Below the pieces are notes generated by a model. That model was given only the letters and a program-made list of their open reading frames with translations, was not told the DNA's origin and did not search any database. The translations under genes and the position numbers were made by a program. From Hyphomonas sp. (GTDB taxonomy: Bacteria; Pseudomonadota; Alphaproteobacteria; Caulobacterales; Hyphomonadaceae): a stretch of DNA of 64,000 nt. Location of the stretch: positions 57,376 to 121,375 of the forward strand of contig NZ_JBKBXB010000003.1 of NCBI RefSeq assembly GCF_046313975.1, given 5' to 3'. How positions within the stretch are numbered: position 1 is the stretch's first letter; the number at the start of each line of letters is the position of its first letter. This document shows, one piece after another, positions 29,217 through 38,149 of this stretch.

Positions 29217-29488
29217 TGGCCGTCTATGTCGATGACATGCACACCTCGCCGCTCGGCCGCCTCGGGCGCATGAAGATGTGCCACATGATAGCCGACACGC
29301 GCGAAGAGCTGCTGGCGATGGCAGACCGGATCGGCCTCGACCGGCGCTGGCTGCAGAAGGCCGGGACGGCGCAGGAGCACTTCGATGTCAGCCTGGCGAA
29401 GCGGGCCGAAGCCGTGAAGGCGGGCGCAGTCGAGATCACGATGCGCGAGCTGGCGATGAAGACACGGGCGAAGCGGGAGGCGCTGTGA
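29216..29488 (+). CDS. DUF4031 domain protein
   Basis: MAVYVDD...MCHMIADT..EL...A..IG...W.Q...HFDV. Confidence 0.88.
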   Translation: MAVYVDDMHTSPLGRLGRMKMCHMIADTREELLAMADRIGLDRRWLQKAGTAQEHFDVSLAKRAEAVKAGAVEITMRELAMKTRAKREAL

Positions 29489-29766
29489 TGGGCTGGGCAA
29501 AGAAGATATCCGGCGCCAACCTGATCATGCGCGCCCCGAAAGGCGAGGAAGACCGCGTTGGCGACCTGCATGTGTTCCGCAACCGCGGCGGGTTGATCTC
29601 GGCCTGGGCGCTGAGCGACGAAGAGGTCGCCGAGATCGTCCGTACCCGCACCGTTTACCTGAACATCATGGGCGGCGGCATGCCGCCGGTATTCGTCGCC
29701 GCAGAATCCGAAATGCGGGCCTTCAGCCTCGACTATGGCGGCATCCTGCCGCCGCAGGAGGTTTGA
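29488..29766 (+). CDS. Hypothetical phage protein
   Basis: Coupled start; ISAWALSDEE...PPV pattern. Confidence 0.65.
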   Translation: MGWAKKISGANLIMRAPKGEEDRVGDLHVFRNRGGLISAWALSDEEVAEIVRTRTVYLNIMGGGMPPVFVAAESEMRAFSLDYGGILPPQEV

Positions 29767-30164
29767 TGGGTACGCGTACGGAAACGATGGTGCAGCCGTT
29801 GTTGCCGGGGCTTCGTTTGCCACTGGTGACGGGCATCGATGGCGACGGGCCTGTGGTCGCAGAGAGCGCCTGCGAGGTGATCGGCTTTCGCGACCCGAAG
29901 CGGCGGTACCTGCACGCGGAAGTCCTGATCCATCAGCAGGCGGATCATCAGTGGATATGGGCCATCTGCTATGGCGCAGAAGAAAGCGGCGGCGGCTATC
30001 TGCCGGGCCCGAAATGGGGAAAGTTTGCCGCTTGCCGCGAGGATGCGCTGGTGTTTGCGCTGGATGAGCTGACCGGGCGCGTGCGGCGCGGCGCGCGGGC
30101 CACGCCGTTCGCGCGGAAGATCATCGCCTGGGCGCAGGCGAAGCGCGATGAGGTGTCGGCATGA
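29766..30164 (+). CDS. Hypothetical phage protein
   Basis: Coupled TGATG start. Confidence 0.6.
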   Translation: MGTRTETMVQPLLPGLRLPLVTGIDGDGPVVAESACEVIGFRDPKRRYLHAEVLIHQQADHQWIWAICYGAEESGGGYLPGPKWGKFAACREDALVFALDELTGRVRRGARATPFARKIIAWAQAKRDEVSA

Positions 30165-30171
30165 GCCCCGT

Positions 30172-30426
30172 TCAGGATTTCTCCGGGTCCGCCCAGCTGG
30201 CGCGGCCGTCCGTAGGGCCGGGGATTGTGATGCCGGGCGCGCGCGTAGCGCTGGGCGTGATGTCGAACGGGCCGGCGAGGCTGGCGGCGAGCTCGCGGGC
30301 GAGCGCCTTGCGGGCGGCGTCAGCGCCGTGTGGCTGGGCGAGCTCGCGCAGGCGGCTCTTGCGCGTGACGGCCAGGCGCACCGCAAGATGCGTCTCGAGG
30401 GCGGCGAGGGTTTCGGCATCGATCAT
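30172..30426 (-). CDS. Small antisense protein with LexA box; candidate antirepressor
   Basis: GGAG RBS 8 nt before ATG; opposite to the surrounding operon; LexA box abuts the RBS. Confidence 0.65.
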   Translation of the reverse strand: MIDAETLAALETHLAVRLAVTRKSRLRELAQPHGADAARKALARELAASLAGPFDITPSATRAPGITIPGPTDGRASWADPEKS

Positions 30427-30438
30427 GACTTGCGCTCC

Positions 30439-30453
30439 GTTCCGGGGATGTTC
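30439..30453. promoter_or_regulatory. LexA box GTTC-N7-GTTC
   Basis: GTTC-cggggat-GTTC, exact alphaproteobacterial consensus, in the 60-bp gap between divergent genes. Confidence 0.7.
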
Positions 30454-30486
30454 TCTTAGGCCCGAATTCCACCGGAGGGAAGGAAC

Positions 30487-30936
30487 ATGACGGAATCAGC
30501 TGTGAACGCCTATCGAACCCGGCCTGCCTGCCGCCGGGCGGGCCTGTGGGCAGGCCTGTGGATGCTTGGCGCCTGCGCCTCGCCGGGCGCCGCGGCTCAG
30601 GGCCTCCCGATGGTGCGCGACTGCGCGCCCGGCGGGTTTGTCGGCTTTCCGGAGACCGTCTGGACGGCTGAGGCGACCGCCGTGATCGATGGCGACAGTT
30701 TCTGCCTGGGTGAGGCCGAGATCCGGCTCAGGCGCTTCAATGCGCCGGAATGGGACGAGCCGGGCGGCCCGGAGGCGCGGGCCGTCCTGGCGCAGATCCT
30801 CGCCGCGCGCGGCCCGGTCACCTGCGAGGCAAAAGCCCGCCACGGCGACCGCGTGATCGCCGCCTGCACGCTGGCCGATGGGGAGAGCCTCGACGACGCG
30901 CTCCGGAATGCCGAAACGCCCCGCGACGGACCCTGA
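30487..30936 (+). CDS. Thermonuclease (SNase) family protein, probably exported
   Basis: VIDGDSF, IRLRRFNAPE; N-terminal hydrophobic stretch with LGAC lipobox. Confidence 0.8.
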   Translation: MTESAVNAYRTRPACRRAGLWAGLWMLGACASPGAAAQGLPMVRDCAPGGFVGFPETVWTAEATAVIDGDSFCLGEAEIRLRRFNAPEWDEPGGPEARAVLAQILAARGPVTCEAKARHGDRVIAACTLADGESLDDALRNAETPRDGP

Positions 30937-31029
30937 CGCCCGCCTGACCTGATTTCCTGACCTTTCCACACGCCCGGCCGGGGCCTTCGCGGCGCCGGAC
31001 GCCTTTTTCATGCCCGGAGGGCCCTGCCC

Positions 31030-32175
31030 ATGTCATTCGAGCTCGGTGAATCCGTCCGCCGGTGCGGCCTCGAAACCGGGGGCCGGCGTGACCTCTTGGA
31101 AGCGCTTGCGACCTATGCGGATGACGAGACGGGCCTTGCCACGGTCTCGCAGCTGTCGCTGGCGCTGCACGCGGGCCTCACCGAGCGCCATGCGCGGCGC
31201 ATCCTGGCCCAGCTCGTCACCGATGACCGCCTCGAGGGCCTTGTGCGGCTGATCTCGGCACCCAGGGGGCGCGGGCGGACGGCGGTCTACCGTCTGCACC
31301 TGGAGCGCGTCGAGCCGCTGGCGGCAGCGGTCAAGATCGCGCAGCGGGCCTGCCATGCGGGCGCCGCCAAGGCGCTGATGGCCTCCGGGCTCGTCGGCGC
31401 GGCGCTCTCTCCGCACAACATGCGGCGCGTGTTCGGTTGCCTGCGCAGCCTGTGCCTTGCCGAAGGGCAGGCGCCTGCCGCTGCCGCCATCGCCGCCCAG
31501 GCGGCCCTCTTCGAAGCGGCGCTCGCCGCCGAAGCGCCCGGCATGCTCGCGGACGGCTCGCCGCTGCCCTTCGGGCGGCTGGCGAAAAGCCCTCTGCCCG
31601 CTTGTGGAAAGCCTGTGGAAAAGCGGCCCGGAAACCCGGACATTTTGTCCGAAAACCCGGACATTTTGTCCGGACCCCATAATAAGGATTCTTCCCCCTC
31701 AAGGATTACCCCCCTTTCGCGCGACCCCGCGCGCGAGGGCGCTGTGGATTGCCCGGTGACGGACGCAAAACCGGCGGCAGCGCCCGGGGAGCGCGCGCAG
31801 GGCTTGCAGGGGGTCTGTGAGGCTGCCGGAGCGCCCCCCACACGCGAAGTGCCTGCGGAGGGACCTGACGCGGCCCCAAAACCGGCAAAAGCGCTGCTCT
31901 CGGCCGCAACGGCGACCGGCGGGTTCCTGATCGATCCAGAAGCCGTTCTCGGCCACCTGACCGGCGGGCGCGAAGCCGTCCGCGCCTTTCTCGAGGCTTT
32001 CCGCCACCGCCCGGCCCGCGTCACGCCGCAGGGCGTCCTGGCCATCGCCGCCAGCGGCGCCGGGGAGGCTTTCACGCTGGCGCGCGACTGGATCGATCCG
32101 CTCCTCGCCTGGGCTGCTGAAAGCGGGCTTTCAGGGGTGGTTTTCGAAGAGGGCCAGCCGCGCGGGCCGCCTTGA
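31030..32175 (+). CDS. Phage replication initiator (HTH, lambda O-like layout)
   Basis: N-terminal winged HTH (SQLSLALHAGLTERHARRILAQL), central DNA repeats, low-complexity linker. Confidence 0.7.
   Translation: MSFELGESVRRCGLETGGRRDLLEALATYADDETGLATVSQLSLALHAGLTERHARRILAQLVTDDRLEGLVRLISAPRGRGRTAVYRLHLERVEPLAAAVKIAQRACHAGAAKALMASGLVGAALSPHNMRRVFGCLRSLCLAEGQAPAAAAIAAQAALFEAALAAEAPGMLADGSPLPFGRLAKSPLPACGKPVEKRPGNPDILSENPDILSGPHNKDSSPSRITPLSRDPAREGAVDCPVTDAKPAAAPGERAQGLQGVCEAAGAPPTREVPAEGPDAAPKPAKALLSAATATGGFLIDPEAVLGHLTGGREAVRAFLEAFRHRPARVTPQGVLAIAASGAGEAFTLARDWIDPLLAWAAESGLSGVVFEEGQPRGPP
31632..31672 (+). repeat. Iteron pair (putative phage origin)
   Basis: aaacccggacattttgtccg x2 at 21-bp period, each containing CGGACA-ttt-TGTCCG. 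Confidence 0.7.
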
Positions 32176-32296
32176 CCGGTGTGCTCGGCGCGGATGGCCG
32201 CTGCGCGGCCGCGCCTGTGCCTTCGCCTTGCTCGTGGGGTGCCTGCCGCGAGCGTTCCGCCGAATAATCCGCCCTCTGACGATTGGACCTGCCCAG

Positions 32297-33253
32297 ATGC
32301 CCCGCGCCCGCCCCCGTCCCGCCCTTTCGCTCACCCTGTCGCCTCAGCGCCGATCTGAGCTGGCGGCCTATGCTGCCGAAGTCAAACGCGCCGGAGAAGC
32401 TGCGCGCAAGCGGCGTGAAGGCGCCGTGAAGCCCCCGGGCGAAGCAGCGGAAGGCCGGGCGGCGGCAGGGCGGCGCCTGCGCAGCGCGAAGCGGCGCGCG
32501 AGCCTCACTGAAACCCTGACGCTGCGGATGGCGCGCCTGCGGGGAAAACTGGCCGAGGCGCAGCGTGAGGGCGCCTGGGAGCTGGCCGTCACCCTCAACC
32601 GGCAGATCGTCGAAACGCGGCGCAAGCTCACCTTGGCCGAAAGCCGCGCCGCGGCACGGGCCGACAAGCTCGCCCGGCGCGGACGCGGCCAGACGCGCGA
32701 CCGTTTCGCCCAGCTGGTCAAAAACTCGGACCGGCTCAGCGACGTGCATCTCGAGATCGCCGATGCGCTGCGCGACCAGGTGCTGATGGCAGGTATGGCA
32801 GGCGGAACGCCCGGCGCACGCTCAGGACAGGCCGGCGACGGCAAGGGCGAAATGCGCACGGTGCTCAGCATCGTGGGACTGGTCGAGCTGGGCGAGGATT
32901 ACTGGGGCGGGCTCGGCACGCCGGGCGTCGGTGGCGACTGGGCCGGCGGGCGTAAACGCTCGATCCGGCGGGTCTGCCGGGCGAGTGACGGTGGGGCGGC
33001 GGCCGCTGCGGACGCGGTGCGCAAGGCGCGGATGCTGGCGCGCACCTTCGCGGAGGCGTGCCGTGATTCTGCCGGCGATCATCCGTGGGCGGCCGAGGTC
33101 GCGGTGCGCGTGATTCTGCTCAATCAGGATCTCTGGGGTGCTGTGCAGGCGTGCGCTGCCATCCGGAAAACAGACGGGCTGAAGATCGCGGAAATCGTAA
33201 TGGCTGCAGGGCTTGAGGCGGTGGCGCCGAAGGTCGGCGTGGCTGTGGAATAA
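32297..33253 (+). CDS. Putative late-gene regulator (Q/GafA-like position)
   Basis: Last gene before the late promoter region; N-terminal coiled coil, C-terminal helical domain; function inferred from position. Confidence 0.5.
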   Translation: MPRARPRPALSLTLSPQRRSELAAYAAEVKRAGEAARKRREGAVKPPGEAAEGRAAAGRRLRSAKRRASLTETLTLRMARLRGKLAEAQREGAWELAVTLNRQIVETRRKLTLAESRAAARADKLARRGRGQTRDRFAQLVKNSDRLSDVHLEIADALRDQVLMAGMAGGTPGARSGQAGDGKGEMRTVLSIVGLVELGEDYWGGLGTPGVGGDWAGGRKRSIRRVCRASDGGAAAAADAVRKARMLARTFAEACRDSAGDHPWAAEVAVRVILLNQDLWGAVQACAAIRKTDGLKIAEIVMAAGLEAVAPKVGVAVE

Positions 33254-33263
33254 TGAGGGGGTG

Positions 33264-33444
33264 TTGACATGGGAACCGGAAAACCCTTCCTTTCGCCACG
33301 TTGCAGAGCTGTGGCCGAAGCGCTCCGGCGCGCACACCACCGGCCCTCCGGCCCTGGCCCTGCAGCGTCCTTCTTGCACACAGAGAGCCTGGCAGCGCCG
33401 CTGGTGCGCTCCGCAACTGCCGTCCCGGCAGCGCTGCCTTTTTT
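33264..33444 (+). promoter_or_regulatory. Putative late promoter and terminator
   Basis: TTGACA at 33264; ggcagcgc (33391) / gcgctgcc (33431) followed by T6. Confidence 0.4.
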
Positions 33445-33456
33445 GTCAGGGTGCGG

Positions 33457-33942
33457 ATGATGGCGATGCGGCCTCCGGTCATCGGGCCAAAGCGGGCAAC
33501 GGGCGCAGCCCGGGTCAGCCCGGCGGACTATGGCGACCGCTCGGCGGCAGATCACGATCAGCGCGGCTCGGCGGCCAGCCGGGGTTATGGCGTCCGGTGG
33601 CGGGCGGCGCGGGCAACCGTGCTGCAGCGCGAGCCGCTGTGCCGTCCGTCGCTGAAGCTGGACGGGCGAACGGCTTCGGCTGACACGCTCGATCACTGGT
33701 ATCCGCATTGCGGGCTGAGCTGGTTGTTCTGGCGCAAGGAGCTCTGGGTGCCGATGGCGAAGGCCTGGCATGACGGGCCGAAGCAGGAGCTAGAGGATCG
33801 CGGTGAGCTGGCGCTCGATGCGGCGGCGCTTGAGCTCGGGCTTCCCGTGCTGAGCGCGCTCGAGCCGCTGCGCGTCTGGGAGTGGCGGACGGCCTACGCC
33901 GAGGCCCGCAAGACCGGCCTGCGCCGCCCCTGGGGGGGGTAG
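33457..33942 (+). CDS. Phage HNH protein (gp74-like), degenerate
   Basis: RGY..RW..AR...L.REPLC...DHWYPH..LFW...HDGPKQ; Zn-Cys and central Asn largely replaced. Confidence 0.75.
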   Translation: MMAMRPPVIGPKRATGAARVSPADYGDRSAADHDQRGSAASRGYGVRWRAARATVLQREPLCRPSLKLDGRTASADTLDHWYPHCGLSWLFWRKELWVPMAKAWHDGPKQELEDRGELALDAAALELGLPVLSALEPLRVWEWRTAYAEARKTGLRRPWGG

Positions 33943-34023
33943 AAAACCGTGGGGCCCCCCGTTCCGGGACCCGCGGCCCAATCAATCTTTGCGCCCGGGG
34001 TGTTTTTGGGCGGATTTTTTTTT
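33932..34023. other. Putative cos packaging region
   Basis: G8-tagaaaa...gacccgcggccc...T9 between HNH and terS, the usual location in HK97-like phages. Confidence 0.5.
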
Positions 34024-34032
34024 GAGGTCGTC

Positions 34033-34521
34033 ATGGCTGATGCTGACGAGCTGCCGGAAGAGGCGGCGCCGGAAGGCCTCGACGGGTCGATTCCGGGTGA
34101 ACTTTCGAGCCGTGGAAGGGCAGTTTGGGCACAGGTTGTGCCCGATTTGATCAAGGCCGGGCGGGTTAAGCGCACGGATCAGCAGGCTTTGACCCGGTAT
34201 TGCGACATGGTCGGCGATTACTGGGCCATGTGCGAGCAGATCCGCAACGAAGGCTCGACGATCCTGGTGCCGACGATCGCCAAGGACGGCGATGGCAAGG
34301 CCGGCGCGATGTGGCGCCGCCATCCGTTGCTGAATGAGCGCCGGGCGACCGCCCAGGCGCTGAAAGAGCTGGAAGACCGGTTCGGCATGACGCCGCTGGC
34401 GCGCGCCAACCTCACGCTCAAGCTGCTCGGACGGTCGGGCGGTGACGGCGATCTCTTCACACGTCCGGGGGCGGATGGAACCGAGGCCGGCGATGATGCC
34501 GACCCCGCCCGGTTCAACTAG
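34033..34521 (+). CDS. terS: Terminase small subunit, P27 family
   Basis: W..VVPDL...D..AL..YC...HP...FGMTPLAR. Confidence 0.9.
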   Translation: MADADELPEEAAPEGLDGSIPGELSSRGRAVWAQVVPDLIKAGRVKRTDQQALTRYCDMVGDYWAMCEQIRNEGSTILVPTIAKDGDGKAGAMWRRHPLLNERRATAQALKELEDRFGMTPLARANLTLKLLGRSGGDGDLFTRPGADGTEAGDDADPARFN

Positions 34522-36202
34522 GTTCAGGCTGGCGGGGCCGGATGATGCGGATGTCGCGGCCTTCGCCGAGCGGGTGCGTGAGCGCCGGCGGCTGAATGCG
34601 CAGCCGCGCCTCTGGGGCTATCGCGACCAGACAGGCGCGCTGTGGATCTTCGACCCTTACGAGGGCGACCGCGCGGTGCGCTGGATCGAAACCTTCTGCC
34701 GCCATCGCAAGGGCGAGTGGGCCGGTAAGCCGCTGAAGCTCGCGCCCTGGCAGCGCCGGATCATCCGGCAGCTGTTCGGATGGTTCGGCGCAGACGGATT
34801 CCGCAAGCACCGCACGGCCTGGATCGAGGTGCCGCGCAAGAATGGCAAGTCAACGCTCGCCTCTGCGATCGCGCTGTTCCTGCTTGTCGGCGACAAGGAA
34901 CCGGCGGCCGAGATCTACTCGATCGCCGGCAGCGAGAAGCAGGCGAAGCTCGTCTATGACGACGCTGTCGCGATGGTCGGCGGGCACCCGAGGCTCGCCG
35001 CGGTCATCGAGGCGACGAAGCGCGGCATGGTGCACGGTGAGAGCGATTCCAGCTTCAAGCCGCTCGGCAAGGCCAACCAGCACGGCCTCAACCCGCACGG
35101 GGTCATCGGCGACGAGGTGCATGAGTGGAAGGGCCGCGACCAGTATGAGGCGATGACGACCGCCCAGGGGACACGGCGCCAGCCGCTGTCGGTGTTCATC
35201 ACGACAGCAGGCCATGACCTCGCGAGCCTGTGCGGCGAGCTTCACCTGACGGCCCTTCAGGTTCGCCAGGGATTGCTCTACCGGCCGGACCTGTATGTCC
35301 GGATCTTTGCGGCGGCCGCCAATGACAACTGGGAAGACGAGGCGACCTGGGCCAAGGCGAATCCCGGCCTGAAGCATGGGGCGCCGAAGCTCTCAGCGCT
35401 GCGCGATGCCTACCGCAAGGCGAAACAGTCGAAGGCCGAAGAGAACAGCTTCAAGCGACTGCACCTCAACATCTGGACGGACAGTGTCACGGCCTGGATC
35501 AGCCGCGAAAACTGGGATGACCGCGCCCGCCCGATCGACTGGCAGAAGCTGGTGGGGGCGCGCTGCTATGCCGGGCTTGACCTGGCGAAGGTGAAAGACC
35601 TTTCCGCGCTGGCGCTGCTTTTCCCGCCGGACAATCCGGCGGCGCCGGGCAAATGGGTGCTCGCGCTCAAGTACTGGTGCCCGGCAGACAACATCCGGGA
35701 ACGGACGAAAACGGACGGCGTGAACTACCAGGCCTGGGCCGACATGGGCCTGATCACGGCGACCGATGGTGAGGTGACAGACTTCGACCGGATCGAGGCG
35801 GACATCCAGGCGCTGCGCAAGTTGTTCCAGATTGAGGGCCTCGGCTTCGACCCGTTCATGGCGCAGCAGCTGGTGCAGCACCTGATCGATACGGGCCTTC
35901 CGTGTGCGGAGGTCCGGCAAGGGTTCCTGACGCTTGGCCCGCCTACGGCGGAACTCGAGCGGATGGTGATCGGCGACGAGCTCGTGCATGGCGGCCACGC
36001 CATCATGAACTGGAATGTCGCCAACACGGTGCTCGTCATCGACGATGCCGGCAACATGAAGCCGTCGAAAGTGAAGTCGGTGCGCCGCATCGACGGTGTG
36101 GCCGCAACGTTGAACGCGCTCGCGCTGTCGATGACCGTTGAAGTGAGCAAGCCTGCCGATCTGTCGGGCTTCCTGTCCAATCCTATCATCCGGGCGGCGT
36201 GA
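34493..36202 (+). CDS. terL: Terminase large subunit
   Basis: LAPWQ, VPRKNGKST, DEVH, ITTAG, GLDLA, RIDGVAA. Confidence 0.95.
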   Translation: MMPTPPGSTRFRLAGPDDADVAAFAERVRERRRLNAQPRLWGYRDQTGALWIFDPYEGDRAVRWIETFCRHRKGEWAGKPLKLAPWQRRIIRQLFGWFGADGFRKHRTAWIEVPRKNGKSTLASAIALFLLVGDKEPAAEIYSIAGSEKQAKLVYDDAVAMVGGHPRLAAVIEATKRGMVHGESDSSFKPLGKANQHGLNPHGVIGDEVHEWKGRDQYEAMTTAQGTRRQPLSVFITTAGHDLASLCGELHLTALQVRQGLLYRPDLYVRIFAAAANDNWEDEATWAKANPGLKHGAPKLSALRDAYRKAKQSKAEENSFKRLHLNIWTDSVTAWISRENWDDRARPIDWQKLVGARCYAGLDLAKVKDLSALALLFPPDNPAAPGKWVLALKYWCPADNIRERTKTDGVNYQAWADMGLITATDGEVTDFDRIEADIQALRKLFQIEGLGFDPFMAQQLVQHLIDTGLPCAEVRQGFLTLGPPTAELERMVIGDELVHGGHAIMNWNVANTVLVIDDAGNMKPSKVKSVRRIDGVAATLNALALSMTVEVSKPADLSGFLSNPIIRAA

Positions 36203-37443
36203 GCATGGGGCTGTTTGATTTCTGGCGCCGCAAGGTGATCCGGCTGACCGATGGCGGGTTCTGGTCGCAGTTCGCCGGCGGCGGAAGCCATGCCGGCGAG
36301 ACGGTCTCGCAGGAGAGTGTTCTGCAGATTGGCGCGGCCTATGCCTGCGCCCGCAAACTGGCGGAAGGTGTGAGCTGCCTGCCGTTCTCGATGAACAAGG
36401 TGGACCGCCGCACGGGCGCCCTGGAACGGGCCGCCGATCACCGCCTGGTGCGGATCCTCGGCGACCAGCCGAACGCCGACCAGCCGGCGCAGCAATTCTG
36501 GGAGCTGGTGATGCTGCAGCTGGTGCTGCGCGGCAATCACTATTCGCTGAAACTCTCGACCGGCGGTACGCTCGATGCCCTCGAGCCGCTGCCGCCGCAC
36601 CCGCAGACCTATTGCCGGCGCGATGCGCGCGGATACCGCGAGTTCGTCGTCACCTGCGGCCCGCGCAAGGGTGTATATCCGGAGGCGGAGGTTTTCTTCA
36701 TCCCCGGCTTTGGTGAAGAGCTCGATTGCGGCCTGCCGGTGATCACCCTGGCGCGGCACACGTTCGGGCGCCTGCTGGCCCTGGAGCGCCACCAGTCGAA
36801 CCTCATCCGCAACGGCGTGCGGCCGTCGATGATCCTGACCACCAAGGAAGGGGCCATCCTGACGCCGGAGCAGCGCCAGCAGGTGAAGGACAATATCGTC
36901 GCGCCGTTCACGGGCGCAGGGTCGGCCGGCGGCATGATGGTGCTCGAAGGCGGCTTCGACGTGAAGACGGTGACGATGACGCCGGCCGACGCGCAGATGC
37001 TTGAACAGTTCAAGTTCGGCGTCGAGGAGATCTGCCGCTGGTTCGGCATGCCGCCCTGGCTGGTCGGCTATACGGGGGCGGCGAGCAACTGGGGCACCGG
37101 CCTCGAGCAGCAATTCCGCGCCTATGCGACCCTGACGCTGCAGCCCTATGTCAAGCGCATCCTGGGCGAGGTGCGCCGCCAGCTGATGAGCCCGCAGGAG
37201 CGCGCGCGCGGCTATGAGCCCGCGATGCCGCTCGATGCCCTCTATGAGGGCGACAGCAAGACGATTGCCGAGGTGGCCGAGCGCTATGTGCGCGGCGGCA
37301 TCAAGGCGCCCAACGAGATCCGCGCACAGCTCGGACTGCCGCCGAAAGACGGCGGCGATGAGCTGCGGATGCAGCAACAGATGGTGCCGGTTGCCGGCAC
37401 GCAGCCCACGGAGCCTGATGATGAGCCGGATCCTGCCGCCTGA
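36199..37443 (+). CDS. Portal protein, HK97 family
   Basis: AYACARKLAE...LP, PN..Q, LRGNHY, EEICRWFGMPP, NEIRA..GLPP..GGD. Confidence 0.95.
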   Translation: MSMGLFDFWRRKVIRLTDGGFWSQFAGGGSHAGETVSQESVLQIGAAYACARKLAEGVSCLPFSMNKVDRRTGALERAADHRLVRILGDQPNADQPAQQFWELVMLQLVLRGNHYSLKLSTGGTLDALEPLPPHPQTYCRRDARGYREFVVTCGPRKGVYPEAEVFFIPGFGEELDCGLPVITLARHTFGRLLALERHQSNLIRNGVRPSMILTTKEGAILTPEQRQQVKDNIVAPFTGAGSAGGMMVLEGGFDVKTVTMTPADAQMLEQFKFGVEEICRWFGMPPWLVGYTGAASNWGTGLEQQFRAYATLTLQPYVKRILGEVRRQLMSPQERARGYEPAMPLDALYEGDSKTIAEVAERYVRGGIKAPNEIRAQLGLPPKDGGDELRMQQQMVPVAGTQPTEPDDEPDPAA

Positions 37444-38137
37444 ACCGAATCGTCCGTATGCGAAGCGTCTTGATGGCGCCTGCTACAAGGACTTCGCGTT
37501 CGAGATCAAAGCGACCAAGGACGGCGCCGAGTTCGAAGGCTATGGCTCGGTGTTCGGCAATGTCGATTCCTATAACGAAGTTGTCGCCCAGGGCGCGTTC
37601 GCGGATTCGATCAAGGATATCCGCAGCTCCGGCCGGCCTCTGCCGGTACTCTGGAACCACAATTCCGATGAACCGATCGGCAAGTATCTCGACCTGGTGG
37701 AGGACGAGAAGGGCCTGAAGGTGCGCGGCCAGCTTCTCACCAGCTCGGTCAACCGGGCCAAGGAAGTTGCCGCCATGATCGAGGCCGGCATCATCTCCGG
37801 CCTGTCGATCGGCTACTATGTCAACGGCTACACAATCGACGAAGAGACCCGCATCTGGACGCTGACCAAGCTCAAGCTGCGCGAGATCTCGGTCGTCACC
37901 TTCCCGGCGAATGACGAGGCCCGCATCGAGACGGTGAAGGCCAAGCTCGCCGCCGGCGGGCAGCTCACCAAACGCGAATTCGAGAAACTCCTGCGGGATG
38001 CAGGCTTTTCGAAAACCGAGTCCCTCCGGATCACGCGCGACGGATACTCGGCCTATACCGGCGAGCGGGATGCCGCCGATCAGACAGCGCTCAAAGCCGC
38101 GCTCGCGGAACTCCGCGACGCACTCTCAACTCACTGA
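37418..38137 (+). CDS. HK97-family prohead protease
   Basis: FEGYGSVFGNVD, LWNH, GLSIGY, EISVVTFPAN. Confidence 0.93.
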   Translation: MMSRILPPEPNRPYAKRLDGACYKDFAFEIKATKDGAEFEGYGSVFGNVDSYNEVVAQGAFADSIKDIRSSGRPLPVLWNHNSDEPIGKYLDLVEDEKGLKVRGQLLTSSVNRAKEVAAMIEAGIISGLSIGYYVNGYTIDEETRIWTLTKLKLREISVVTFPANDEARIETVKAKLAAGGQLTKREFEKLLRDAGFSKTESLRITRDGYSAYTGERDAADQTALKAALAELRDALSTH

Positions 38138-38149
38138 CGGAGACATCCC

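Noticed and set aside
33932-34023. G8 and T9 homopolymers as phase-variation tracts
   Set aside because: They lie at the HNH-terS junction where cos regions normally show such runs, and do not shift a conserved reading frame
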